Source: Myxococcota bacterium | GTDB taxonomy: Bacteria > Myxococcota > Kuafuiibacteriia > Kuafuiibacteriales > Kuafuiibacteriaceae | Assembly (NCBI GenBank): GCA_036788295.1 | Contig: DAIQNR010000003.1 | Coordinates: 74,211-138,210, forward strand | DNA length: 64,000 nt | Direction: 5' to 3' | Part shown: piece after piece, positions 28,266 to 37,657 of the stretch | Position numbering within the stretch: the first letter of the stretch is position 1 | Layout: every line of letters begins with the position of its first letter | The notes under the pieces: generated by a model | Seen by the model: only the letters and a program-made list of their open reading frames with translations | Databases searched by the model: none | Told to the model about the DNA's origin: nothing | Position numbers and translations under genes: made by a program

Positions 28266-30005
28266 ATGGGTCATCGAGGGTTTTCGTGGGCGCTCCTGGC
28301 GCTCGCCGCGTGCGGCGGGGGGTCCGAAGACCCGGCGCCGGATGCAGGGGTCCCTGTCGACGTCGGATCCGAGGACGCGGGTTCTGAGGACGCAGGTCCC
28401 GACGACGCGGGTTCCGACGACGCGGGTCCGCCGCCGATGCCGTGCCCGGACGGCATCGAGGCCCGGCGCTTGGCCCCGCCCGACCCGAGTTTCGGGTTTG
28501 GCGACCTGGCCGGGGACTTCACCGTCACGACGACGGACGGGTCGTTTTCGCTGTCCGAGCGGTGGACCGGCTGTGATTCCTACACCTTCGTGGGCTACGT
28601 GCCGCTTCGGGGCGACGCGCCGACCCAAACCGACCGGCTGTGGACGTCCCCGGTGGAGACGCTGCTCGGCACCCCGAGCGGAGCCCACTTCTTCTTTCTG
28701 TCCTGGGAGCCGACCGAGGCCGACCGGCGGGCGAGGGTGGAGTCGATGCAGGGCCGAATCGAGGCCGCGATCGCCAGCCTCCCGGCGGAGGAGCAAGCGG
28801 GGCAGCGGGCCCGGTTTCATTTCGTGATCGACGCTCCCACCGGCATCGAGGGCAGCGTCGGCCAGTTCCTGCGCGACTACCGCGCGTACATGGACGACCC
28901 CGCCGGCCGGGTGGACCTCGGGGACCGGGGGGTGGCGCCGCCGCCGTTTCCGTTTGCCTTCGCCATCGACCGCCACCAGCGCTGGGATCCGGTCGGCAAC
29001 CTGTCCGAGATCGTGGGCGGCAACTTCGCCCTTCGAATGGTGAGCTACCTGCCCGATTTCTTCGACCACAAGGCGCGCATCGCCCACCGAGTGCAGACGG
29101 AGCAGGAGGTGTGGACGGCCGAGCTTCTCGACGCCGAAGTGACGGCCCGGGTCCACCAGCTCGAGGCGACCTTGCCCACCGGGGCCGAGATGGCCCGGTT
29201 CGACACCCTGGAACTCGACCTGACCGACGTCTGCCGAGAGCGCAACGTCTTTGCTTGCTCGGAGTGGGACCGGATCGCCCGGTTCGACCTCTGCCTCGAC
29301 GAAGCGTGCACCGAGCGCCGCGAGCTCATCCGGTGGATCACCTCGTATTGGCGCCGAGGCGAGCAGCGCTGGATCATGGACGCGAGTCCGCTGCTCGGTC
29401 TGCTCTCGGACGGGGGCCATCGCCGGTTTCGGCTCGAGCTCGGCCCCGAGTGGGAGCGGCCCACCCCCAGGGTGATCCGAGCGGTCCTGCGGCTGTCGCG
29501 GACTGGAGGCCTCCGCTCGGCGGGGGCGGTCCGGGTCTTCACCGGAGGTCGGTTCGAGCAGAGCGGGGAGGCGAACTACAACAACCGGGAGCCGGTCGCC
29601 TTCACCCCGCCGGCGACGGCCCAGCGGGTCGAGCTGGTGCTGCTGCTCAGCGGGCATGGGCAGGTGCAGCCGTCGAACTGCGCCGAGTGGTGCGACCACC
29701 GCCATCGGTTCACGGTGAACGGGACCGCGTTGCCGGAGGTGCGGCACGAGGGCCGGGTCGGGTCGATCGGGGGCTGCGGTCCGGCGTCGGCTCGCGGCGT
29801 GGTCCCCGGCCAGTGGGGCAACTGGGCCCCCGAGCGGGCCTTCTGGTGCCCAGGGCTGCCGGTGGAGCCGATCCGCCTCGACATCACCGAGTTGGTCCGG
29901 CTCGGCGAGGAAAATCAGGTCGGCTACTCGGCGACGGTGCCGGGCACGATCGTGCTGCCCGGTGGGGACATCGCCCTGTCTGCCTACGTCGCTTGGTTCG
30001 AGTAG
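28266..30005 (+). CDS. Lipoprotein with acidic repeat linker and Cys-rich C-terminal domain
   Basis: MGHRGFSWALLALAACGGGS has a lipobox, followed by a linker with (S/P)(E/D)DAG repeats. The C-terminal region holds many conserved-looking Cys/Trp (NCAEWCDHRHRFTVNG…AFWCPGLP). Confidence 0.6.
   Translation: MGHRGFSWALLALAACGGGSEDPAPDAGVPVDVGSEDAGSEDAGPDDAGSDDAGPPPMPCPDGIEARRLAPPDPSFGFGDLAGDFTVTTTDGSFSLSERWTGCDSYTFVGYVPLRGDAPTQTDRLWTSPVETLLGTPSGAHFFFLSWEPTEADRRARVESMQGRIEAAIASLPAEEQAGQRARFHFVIDAPTGIEGSVGQFLRDYRAYMDDPAGRVDLGDRGVAPPPFPFAFAIDRHQRWDPVGNLSEIVGGNFALRMVSYLPDFFDHKARIAHRVQTEQEVWTAELLDAEVTARVHQLEATLPTGAEMARFDTLELDLTDVCRERNVFACSEWDRIARFDLCLDEACTERRELIRWITSYWRRGEQRWIMDASPLLGLLSDGGHRRFRLELGPEWERPTPRVIRAVLRLSRTGGLRSAGAVRVFTGGRFEQSGEANYNNREPVAFTPPATAQRVELVLLLSGHGQVQPSNCAEWCDHRHRFTVNGTALPEVRHEGRVGSIGGCGPASARGVVPGQWGNWAPERAFWCPGLPVEPIRLDITELVRLGEENQVGYSATVPGTIVLPGGDIALSAYVAWFE
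28366..28430 (+). repeat. 15-bp in-frame tandem coding repeat x4 encoding (S/P)(E/D)DAG
   Basis: gaggacgcgggttct / gaggacgcaggtccc / gacgacgcgggttcc / gacgacgcgggtccg, in the linker of lipoprotein 28266-30005. Confidence 0.8.
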
Positions 30006-30024
30006 AGCCCGCGGCCCATCGAGC

Positions 30025-31143
30025 TCATCGAGGCGGGAGGGCGGCCAGCCCCACGACCCCGGCCGAGACCGCCGGACGCAGGGCCAGGGCGACTCGCTCC
30101 GGCAAGGGGGACGAGCCGACCGCGGCCCCGAGCAGCACCGCGGCGGCGAGCGCAGCGCGCTCTTGGCGGCGCTCCCGTCGAGGCGAACGTCCGCTGAGGA
30201 TGCGGTCGATCGCGGCGACCGCCTCCCCGGCGGTGGCCGGACGGTCTTCGGGCCGGGGCGCGGCGAGCCAGCGCACGAGGGCCCGGGTCGAGGCTCGGAC
30301 ATGGGGCAGATGTCCGAGCCGATCCTCGCATTCCCGCGCCTTTTCGAGCAGGACGTCGGCGGCCGGACCGTGGAAGGGGGCGGTGCCGGCGAGCAGGGTG
30401 TGCAGGGTGACGCCCGCCGCGTACAGGTCGGCGGCCGGGCCGCAGCGGTCGCCGCGGGCCTGCTCGGGGGGCATGAAGCACGGGCTGCCGACGACGAGCC
30501 CGGCCCTGGTGGTGTCGTGCTCCTGGCGCGCTCGGGCGACCCCGAGGTCGGCGAGGCGAGGGACGATGGTCCCGTCCGCGGCTCGGTCGAGCAGCACGTT
30601 GGCCGGCTTCACGTCCCGGTGGACGATCCCGTGGGCGTGCAGAGCGGCGAGCCCGCACAGCACGTCCCGCAGCACACGGAGCGCGCGGTCTTCGGGGAAC
30701 GGCCCCAGGTCCCCGAGGCAGGTCTCGAGGCAGGGACCCGCCGCCCGCTCGAGCACGAGGTGATCGACGGGGCCCTCCCTCAGAAAATCGAGCACGGCCA
30801 CCACGTTGCGATGGAAAACCAAGCGCCCGACCCGAGCCTCGCGCTCGAAGCGGAGGCGGAGCTCGGCCGAGGCAGCGACGTCCCCAAAGAGGGTCTTGAT
30901 CGCGACCGACCGGCCGCTCGGCACGTGGAGGGCGTCGTGGACCCGGGCCATCGCCCCTTCCCCCAGTCTGTGCCCCACGAGGTACTCGCCGCCGAGCACG
31001 CGACCCACCAAGGGGTCTTCGACGGTGGCGATCAGGCGAACCCCGTCGTGGGCGCAGTGGCCGGGCCCCGTTCGGTACACCGAGCGGCACGCGGGGCAGT
31101 GGTGCAGACCCGAGTTGGCGCGGTCGGATGGCATGCAGGCCAT
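30025..31143 (-). CDS. Serine/threonine protein kinase with N-terminal Cys4 zinc-ribbon and C-terminal TM segment
   Basis: [34 protein letters not shown] (CxxC…CxH), then [32 protein letters not shown], and a C-terminal [11 protein letters not shown] helix. The track ORF extension to 31401 has no start support. Confidence 0.8.
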   Translation of the reverse strand: MACMPSDRANSGLHHCPACRSVYRTGPGHCAHDGVRLIATVEDPLVGRVLGGEYLVGHRLGEGAMARVHDALHVPSGRSVAIKTLFGDVAASAELRLRFEREARVGRLVFHRNVVAVLDFLREGPVDHLVLERAAGPCLETCLGDLGPFPEDRALRVLRDVLCGLAALHAHGIVHRDVKPANVLLDRAADGTIVPRLADLGVARARQEHDTTRAGLVVGSPCFMPPEQARGDRCGPAADLYAAGVTLHTLLAGTAPFHGPAADVLLEKARECEDRLGHLPHVRASTRALVRWLAAPRPEDRPATAGEAVAAIDRILSGRSPRRERRQERAALAAAVLLGAAVGSSPLPERVALALRPAVSAGVVGLAALPPR

Positions 31144-31342
31144 GGTCGCGTACCGGTCCAAGCTCACCGAGGTCCTCACGATTTTCGAGGTAAGCAGAAT
31201 CCGGGCCACCCCTGCGGACTCGGATCGGCGGGGGAGCGAGCGAGCGCCAAGGACACCGGCGTCGGTCGTGGGGTCGGGCGCCGAGACACCCGAGGTGGGG
31301 CGGCGAAGTGGTGGGTCCGAAGCCCACCTGAGGAACGAGGCG

Positions 31343-32968
31343 TTGACTGCCCGTCCCCTGCCGACCAGAACCCCGGCGGTGATTCCGCGGGAGAAGGACA
31401 ACGTCGTCTACATCGACTCCGACAGCGCCCCTCGCATCCTCCATTTCGGTGAGGATTTCCTGTACGAGCAGCTGCCGATCGGGACCCGCGTCATCTACCC
31501 GAACCCGCCGATCAAGGGGCTCGCGCAGCCCGACGCGGCCATTCGCTACGCGCTCAACCACCCCGAAGAGATGCCGCCGCTCTACGCGCTGCTCGAGCCG
31601 TCCATGAAGGTGACGATCGTCATGGACGACATCTCGCTGCCGCTGCCGGCGATGCGGCTGCCCGACGTCCGCCAGCGGGTGCTGACCATCCTGCTCGAGC
31701 AGCTCGCCGACCATGGGGTGGACGACGTGCGGCTGCTGGTCGCCAACGCGCTGCACCGCCGGATGACCGCCGGCGAGATGCGGCGCATGGTCGGCAGCAA
31801 GATCTTCGATCGCTTCTACCCGAAGCGGTTCATCAACCACGACGCCGAAGATCCGGACGCGATCGTAACCCTAGGGGAGACCGACATCGGCGAGGTGGTG
31901 AAGACCCACCGGTGGTGCGCCGAAGCCGACCTCACCATCTATGTGAACATCAACCTGGTCCCGATGGACGGGGGCCACAAGTCGATGGGCATCGGCACCA
32001 CCGACTACCAGGGGCTGAAGGCCCACCACAACCCGCGAACGATGCTCGAAGTGGATGGGTACATGGACCCGGCCAAATCCGAGCTCGCCGCTTCCGGCGA
32101 TCGCATCGGCCGGGTGCTCGATCAGCACCTGAAGGTGTTTCACATCGAGACCGCGCTCAACAACCGGATGTACGACCGGAGCATGAACTTCCTCGCCAAG
32201 AACGAGGATGACTTCTCCGAGCTCGACCGGCTCGCGTTCTTCGGTCTGCGCAAAGTGCTCGGCCGACTGCCCCGATCGGCGAAGCGCGAAGTGTTCCACC
32301 GGGTGCCGTCCCCGTATGAGATCATCGCGGTGCACGCGGGCAAGACCGAGCCGGTGCACCGAAAGATCCTCGAGAAGAACTACGAGCAATACTGCGTGCC
32401 GGTGAAGGGTCAGGCCGACGTGATGATCACCGGCATCCCGTTCATCAGCCCCTACAACGCCAACAGCATCCTGAACCCGCTGCTGGTGCAGGTCATGGCG
32501 CTCGGCTACATCTACAATTTGTACCGGGGCTCACCGCTGTTGCGGGATGGGGGCGTGCTCATCATCACCCATCCGCTGTTCGACCAGTTCGACCAGCGGT
32601 TTCATCCCAGCTACATCGAATTCTTCCACCGCTGCCTGACCGAGACACGGGACAGCTTCACGCTGCACCGGCGCTTCGAAAAGGAGTTCGCGACGAACCC
32701 GACGTACATCGAGATGTACCGCCGGGGGAACGCCTTTCACGGCGCCCATCCCTTCTACATGTGGTACTGGGGCGACTCGGGCCGGTCCAGGGTGGGAACG
32801 GTCATCTGCGTGGGAGCTGAAAACGAGCACGTCCCCCGGATCTTGGGCTGGGAGCGGGCCGCGACCCTGCACGACGCGATCGAGCGGGCCAAGGACCTCA
32901 CCCGCCCGAACCCCGAGATCTCGATGCTGCATCTGTCGCCGATCTTGATGACCGACATGAAGGGGTGA
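31343..32968 (+). CDS. LarA-like (lactate racemase / DUF2088) domain protein
   Basis: [38 protein letters not shown]…[14 protein letters not shown]… resembles the nickel-pincer LarA N-terminal region. I place the start at in-frame TTG 31343, which is preceded by AGGA at −8. No ATG exists between the divergent kinase start and the conserved region. Confidence 0.6.
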   Translation: MTARPLPTRTPAVIPREKDNVVYIDSDSAPRILHFGEDFLYEQLPIGTRVIYPNPPIKGLAQPDAAIRYALNHPEEMPPLYALLEPSMKVTIVMDDISLPLPAMRLPDVRQRVLTILLEQLADHGVDDVRLLVANALHRRMTAGEMRRMVGSKIFDRFYPKRFINHDAEDPDAIVTLGETDIGEVVKTHRWCAEADLTIYVNINLVPMDGGHKSMGIGTTDYQGLKAHHNPRTMLEVDGYMDPAKSELAASGDRIGRVLDQHLKVFHIETALNNRMYDRSMNFLAKNEDDFSELDRLAFFGLRKVLGRLPRSAKREVFHRVPSPYEIIAVHAGKTEPVHRKILEKNYEQYCVPVKGQADVMITGIPFISPYNANSILNPLLVQVMALGYIYNLYRGSPLLRDGGVLIITHPLFDQFDQRFHPSYIEFFHRCLTETRDSFTLHRRFEKEFATNPTYIEMYRRGNAFHGAHPFYMWYWGDSGRSRVGTVICVGAENEHVPRILGWERAATLHDAIERAKDLTRPNPEISMLHLSPILMTDMKG

Positions 32969-32974
32969 ACGGCG

Positions 32975-33691
32975 ATGATGCGAAAGGTCAACGTGCCCTG
33001 GCGGGGCGAGGCAGACCCGGCGGAGCGCTCCACCGCCGCCGCCTTCTACGACATGGACGGGACCCTGGTGCGCACGAACCTCGTCCACAGCTACCTCTTC
33101 GTCGCCAAGAACGAGCCCAGTCTCACCCGTTCGTTCACCAAGGCGGCGCTCGGGCTGCTCGAGCTGCCCGCGTTCGCGCTCGCCGACCGGCTGTCCCGGG
33201 CGCTGTTCAACGAGCTGCTGTACGCCGGCTACCGGGGCGCCTTCGCCGACCGCCTCGCCGAGCTCGCGGAGGAGCACTTCGAAGAGGTGCTGCGGCCCAA
33301 CATCTTCCCCGGGGTCTACGAGCTGGTGGACAGCGCCCGAAAGAAGGGCCTTCGCCAGGTGATCGTGTCGGGCAGCCTCGACGTGCTGGTGGCGCCGCTC
33401 GCCCGGCACCTCGGCATGGATGACTTCATCTGCAACCGGCTCGAGATGAAGGATGGCGTCGCCACCGGCAAACTCATCAAGCCGGTCGTCGCCGGGGCGG
33501 TGAAGGCCCGGCTGCTGCAGGAGTACGCTCGGACCTTCGGCGTCGACCTGCTGGACAGCTACGGCTACTCCGACAGCTACAGCGATTACGCGATGCTCGC
33601 GGTGGTGGGGCGGCCGGCGGCGGTGAACCCCGACCGCCAGCTCCGCCGGGCCGCCACCGAACTCGAGTGGCCGATCCTCGACGTGCGCTGA
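32975..33691 (+). CDS. HAD-IB family hydrolase
   Basis: AAFYDMDGTLV (motif I), later VIVSGSLDVLV and DSYGYSDSYSDYAML (motif IV-like). Confidence 0.75.
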   Translation: MMRKVNVPWRGEADPAERSTAAAFYDMDGTLVRTNLVHSYLFVAKNEPSLTRSFTKAALGLLELPAFALADRLSRALFNELLYAGYRGAFADRLAELAEEHFEEVLRPNIFPGVYELVDSARKKGLRQVIVSGSLDVLVAPLARHLGMDDFICNRLEMKDGVATGKLIKPVVAGAVKARLLQEYARTFGVDLLDSYGYSDSYSDYAMLAVVGRPAAVNPDRQLRRAATELEWPILDVR

Positions 33692-33707
33692 GCGGCCCCG
33701 CGCTCGG

Positions 33708-35216
33708 TCACCCCCCGTTCAGGGTGTAGCGGCGGGCGTAGCCGGTCTCGAGGTCGGTGAGCGCGATCTCCACCAAGCCGAGCGGCGTCACCTCGTACTC
33801 CTCGCGGACCATGGGCCCGCAGGCCCGCCGCTCCACCGGCACCTCCCCGAGGTTGACCCCGGGCTGGCGCAAGCGGGGGTCGAACGGGAACGTGATCTCG
33901 CCGATGGCCTGGAGGCGCTCGTGGGGCAGCCCTCGGGCGTCGAGGTGGCTGGTCTCGACGAACCGGTAGCGCCCTAGGTTGTGGGCGGCCCGGTACTCTC
34001 GCTGGATGCGGGCTCGGCCCAGCTCGCTCTTCGTGATCGCCGCTTCACGACCGAAGATCGGGTCGAAGGCGACATCTTTCCCCGCCTCGAGCTCCCGGAA
34101 CACCCCGAAGAAGCGGGAGAGGCGACCGGTGACCTCGAAACCCGCGGTCTCGTCGGCGGCGATGGCGAGGCCGATGGCCACCGCGGCGGAGGGGTGGGGC
34201 GATCGGTGCACCCGGCGCCCGAGGTCCTGGCGGAGCCGCCGGCCCACCACCGGCAGCGCGCTGCCGCCGCCGACGACGTAGAGCCCGGCCAGCGGCCGGG
34301 ACTCGGCCGCCTCGAGCACCGAGCCCATCGCCTCGATCGTGCGCTCCACCAGCGGGAGGCAAGCGTCGTAGTAGTCGGCGACGTCGAGCCTGGCCTCGCC
34401 CGCCCCGAGGCCGAGCTCGGACAGGTCGAGCAGGATGCGCCGGCTGTTCGGGTTCAGGCCCTCCTTGGCCACCCGGGCCCGCTCGAACAGCTCGGCTCCG
34501 GCGGCGCCCGATGGCGGCGCCGCGCCCACCTGCTGAAGCGCCATCTCCACGAGGACCTCGTCGAAGTCGTCGCCGCCGAGCCTCGGGTCTCCGCCGGTGA
34601 TGACCACGTCGTGGTGGAGGTCGCAGAGGTGGACGAGCGCGGCGTCGAAGGTCCCGCCGCCGAGGTCGTAGACCACGACGTGCTCTCGGCGGCCGTTCAG
34701 GGTGCGTCGAAACCGGTGGGTGTATTCGAAGCCGGCCGCGGATGGCTCGTCCAGAAAGCCGAGCAGCGAGAAGCCGGCCCGCCGAAACCCGTCGATGGTC
34801 ACGAAGCGCTGGGGGCCGAGCGCATGGGCGGGGGTGGCGACCACCGCCTCGAGCGGCCCCCCGTCATCCGGGGCGTTCGACGCGGTCCGCAGCGCCTCGG
34901 CGAGGGCCCGAAGAAACCGGACGAGCACGTCCTCGATCGTGAACTCGGTCCGGCCGAGCCGCACCCGGTGATGGGGCATGACCCCCTCGCCGCCGAGCAG
35001 CCGCTTGAACGAGCGCACGACCGTCCAGCCCGGCACCCCGACCCGCTCGAGGGCGTCGAAGCCGAAGACCAACTCACCGCCTCGTTCGGCCAGAACGCTT
35101 GGGAACCAATCGCAGACCTCGTCGCTGTGGTTCGAGAAGCTGACCACCGGGTAGTTGCCCCGGTCGCTGACCGCCACAACGGTGCGCGTGGTTCCAAAGT
35201 CGATTCCTAGTCTCAC
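33708..35216 (-). CDS. Hsp70-family (DnaK-like actin-fold ATPase) protein, non-canonical short form
   Basis: MRLGIDFGTTRTVVAV (phosphate-1), VVYDLGGGTFDAAL (phosphate-2), YVVGGGSALPVV (adenosine motif). The product is 502 aa and has no substrate-binding-domain lid. Confidence 0.8.
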   Translation of the reverse strand: MRLGIDFGTTRTVVAVSDRGNYPVVSFSNHSDEVCDWFPSVLAERGGELVFGFDALERVGVPGWTVVRSFKRLLGGEGVMPHHRVRLGRTEFTIEDVLVRFLRALAEALRTASNAPDDGGPLEAVVATPAHALGPQRFVTIDGFRRAGFSLLGFLDEPSAAGFEYTHRFRRTLNGRREHVVVYDLGGGTFDAALVHLCDLHHDVVITGGDPRLGGDDFDEVLVEMALQQVGAAPPSGAAGAELFERARVAKEGLNPNSRRILLDLSELGLGAGEARLDVADYYDACLPLVERTIEAMGSVLEAAESRPLAGLYVVGGGSALPVVGRRLRQDLGRRVHRSPHPSAAVAIGLAIAADETAGFEVTGRLSRFFGVFRELEAGKDVAFDPIFGREAAITKSELGRARIQREYRAAHNLGRYRFVETSHLDARGLPHERLQAIGEITFPFDPRLRQPGVNLGEVPVERRACGPMVREEYEVTPLGLVEIALTDLETGYARRYTLNGG

Positions 35217-35519
35217 GGCAAGATGATCTTGGCCCGATCTTCTCGTGCGCGCGAGTCCCTCATGGACATCGAGGTACGATTCTTCTCCCCGAGGTGATCC
35301 TGGGTGGGCCGACGGTCCCCCGAGGTCGTTCGGTTTCGAGCCGGTGGGCGCGACGCCGCCGGGGTGGGCGGATGTCTCCGTTCACGCGAATTCGGGCTTC
35401 GACGCGACAAAGACCAGTGAGGTTCTGAGCTCGATTGCGTCTTTTGGGTGAAATTCACGCAACCGACCGGGGTCGGGGACGATACGGTCGCGCACCTACA
35501 TAGGTGAGGCAAAACCTAC
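35217..35519. promoter_or_regulatory. Divergent promoter region between the Hsp70-family gene (−) and the calpain-like gene (+)
   Basis: A 303-bp AT-richer gap containing an inverted repeat gtgaa-a-ttcac (~35445) and a duplicated acctacat motif just upstream of ATG 35520. Confidence 0.25.
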
Positions 35520-37211
35520 ATGCCCAACGTGACGTTTCGTGACCCCCAGGTCCGGCGCTTCGTTCGCGACCTCGGCCGCCTCGAGTCGGCCCAGCTCACC
35601 GACGAGAACGTGCTCCGCTTGCTCGCGGCGGTCGGGGACCGCCCCTCCCGCCGGGAAGGCGAGGTCTACGCCGACATCACCCGGCCCGGCCTGTCTCGCT
35701 CCGAGCAGCTCGAAGCGGCCCAGTCGGGGATGAACCGCCGGGAGCGGGCCGACGTGGCGACGCTGCTCGACCGATCGGGCCTCGCCATGAGTCCTGGGGC
35801 CCGGAACTTTCTCGAGGCGCTGCTCGGCCGCGCCCCGCTGTCCGCCGAGGGGCCGCTGTCGGTCGATGGGGATCAGAAGGACGGAATCCGCGGGCGCGCG
35901 CGCCCCGGGGACCAGGTCGAAGCCATCAACCTGAGCACCGCTCCGTCGGGGCGGCTCCATCTCACCGACACGGTGGTCATCGGGGAGGCGGGGCTGGATG
36001 GCCGCTTCGTCGGCCGACTCCCCGACCTGCGGGAGGGGGACATCGTGAGGCTGCGGGCCCGCGGCCCCGGCCGGACCCCCACCGATTGGCTCACCGTCCG
36101 GGCCTGGGGGCTCGAGCGTGCGGACACCCGAAACGCGGTGGTCAACCTGGAGCGGATGGACCTCGTCCTCCGAGAGGGTGGCATCGCCGTCGCCCACAAC
36201 ACCGCTCGGCCCCTGTCCGAACCGGGGGCCATCGTCCGGTTCGAGAACGCCCGCACCGGCAAGACCAAGGAGGTGACCGTCACTGAGGCCGGGTCTCTGC
36301 CCGAAGGCCTGACCCTCGACGGGCGGCCGGGCGACCGGTTTCGGGTCGCGGTGTCCGACGGCGCGAACAACCGAGATTTCCGCGAGGTCGCGGGCACGCT
36401 GGTCGCGCCCGGGCAGACGGCGGGCGGCGGGGCCCGGGACCTCCCCGACCCGCTGCCGACGAAGGGAAACCAGGGGCCAGACGGCGAGGCGAAGGTGCCG
36501 AAGGCGTGGTTCGAGGGGCCGCTGTTTTCGGACGGACCGTCCGCGGCCGATGTGCGGCAGGGGGCGATCGGCAACTGCTACTTCCCGGCCGCGCTCGCAG
36601 CGATCGCCCACGCGCGGCCGGACGCGATCCTCGAGGCAATAGAGCCGGTAGGGGACGACGTCTACCGGGTGCGATTCTTCGAAAATGGGTCCCGGCGCCG
36701 CCCGGTCGAAGTGGAGGTCGACGCCGACCTCTACGTCCGGTCGTTCGGCGGCCCGATCTATGGGAGCACGCCGAGCGGCGCGACCCGGTCGGGAATGGAG
36801 CTGTGGTACCCGCTCATGGAGAAGGCCTACGCTCAGTGGAAGGGGGGCTACGAGGCGATCGGCAACGGCGGGATCGCCGGCCGGGTCATTTCGGAGGTCC
36901 TCGGGGGCTCGTACGACTACGAACGGGTCAACCCGGGCAACGCGCACGCCATCTACCGGATCGCGTCGGCAGCGGCGGAGGCAGGGCGGCCGATGGCGGC
37001 GGGCACCCACGGTACGGAACAGGCTGAAATGTACGCGAATTCAGGCATTTATGCCAACCATGCCTACTCGGTGCTCGGGGTCGAGGAGGAGGGCGGAAAG
37101 CGGTTCCTTCAGCTTCGGAACCCGTGGGCCCAAGGAGAGCCGGGAAAACGACGGAAAAAACGACGGGTTCTTTCGATTGAAGCTCGAGGACTTCGTGAAG
37201 TACTTCAGTAG
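35520..37211 (+). CDS. Calpain-like cysteine peptidase (peptidase C2) with unknown ~330-aa N-terminal domain. The 3' end is frameshifted, and the true C-terminus probably continues to 37233.
   Basis: Catalytic triad context: QGAIGNCYFPAALAAIAH (Cys), ANHAYSVLGV (His), LRNPWAQGE (Asn). After an A6 run at ~37150, the conserved calpain C-terminal strand (…NDGFFRLKLEDFVKYFSSLHVARV*) continues in the next frame (track ORF 36685-37233). That frame's TGA overlaps the ATG of the downstream gene. Confidence 0.7.
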   Translation: MPNVTFRDPQVRRFVRDLGRLESAQLTDENVLRLLAAVGDRPSRREGEVYADITRPGLSRSEQLEAAQSGMNRRERADVATLLDRSGLAMSPGARNFLEALLGRAPLSAEGPLSVDGDQKDGIRGRARPGDQVEAINLSTAPSGRLHLTDTVVIGEAGLDGRFVGRLPDLREGDIVRLRARGPGRTPTDWLTVRAWGLERADTRNAVVNLERMDLVLREGGIAVAHNTARPLSEPGAIVRFENARTGKTKEVTVTEAGSLPEGLTLDGRPGDRFRVAVSDGANNRDFREVAGTLVAPGQTAGGGARDLPDPLPTKGNQGPDGEAKVPKAWFEGPLFSDGPSAADVRQGAIGNCYFPAALAAIAHARPDAILEAIEPVGDDVYRVRFFENGSRRRPVEVEVDADLYVRSFGGPIYGSTPSGATRSGMELWYPLMEKAYAQWKGGYEAIGNGGIAGRVISEVLGGSYDYERVNPGNAHAIYRIASAAAEAGRPMAAGTHGTEQAEMYANSGIYANHAYSVLGVEEEGGKRFLQLRNPWAQGEPGKRRKKRRVLSIEARGLREVLQ

Positions 37212-37232
37212 CCTGCACGTAGCGAGAGTCTG

Positions 37233-37619
37233 ATGGCGATTCCGCCCGATCCCATCGAGGAGGTGATCCCCGCCTGCGGCGCCGCGGTGCTGGCGGAGGT
37301 GCTCTCCGTGCTCGAACCACAGAAGCCCCGGCGGGGGGCTCCCGCGGCCACCGGTCCACAGCCGACCTCGGCGCCGACGCTCGCTCCTCGGCAGCTCGTG
37401 AAGCTCCGGATCAGCGAGGTGCTGTTCGGCGACGGGTTTTCGCCCGGGTCGGAGTGCGTGGTCGAGAAGCCGCCCGGGGCCTATTCGCTTCGGGTGGGGG
37501 TCGTTGGGCCGTTTCTTCTCGGACCCGGGCTGCCGGCCGAAGTGCTCGGGCGGTATGGCCCCGACACCTACCCGATCGACGAGCTGAAGCGAGCGGCGCA
37601 CCGGGCCGGTCTTCGCTGA
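37233..37619 (+). CDS. Hypothetical small protein, translationally coupled to the calpain-like gene
   Basis: The ATG at 37233-37235 overlaps the TGA (37231-37233) of the frame-restored calpain ORF, giving TGATG. Composition is reasonable (MAIPPDPIEEVIPACGAAVLAEVLSVLEPQ…). Confidence 0.5.
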   Translation: MAIPPDPIEEVIPACGAAVLAEVLSVLEPQKPRRGAPAATGPQPTSAPTLAPRQLVKLRISEVLFGDGFSPGSECVVEKPPGAYSLRVGVVGPFLLGPGLPAEVLGRYGPDTYPIDELKRAAHRAGLR

Positions 37620-37657
37620 TCCTGGTCAGGCGAAGAGCGAGGTCTTCGATTTGCTGG

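Noticed and set aside
29984-31840. 618-aa minus ORF and 29962-31452 + ORF
   Set aside because: Out-of-frame or antisense to the zinc-ribbon Ser/Thr kinase, and Arg/Gly-rich.
37117-37233. Treating track ORF 36685-37233 (182 aa) as an independent gene
   Set aside because: Only its last ~30 codons are protein-like, and they match the calpain C-terminal strand. Upstream it is RR/SG-rich. It is best explained as the post-frameshift continuation of the calpain-like gene.
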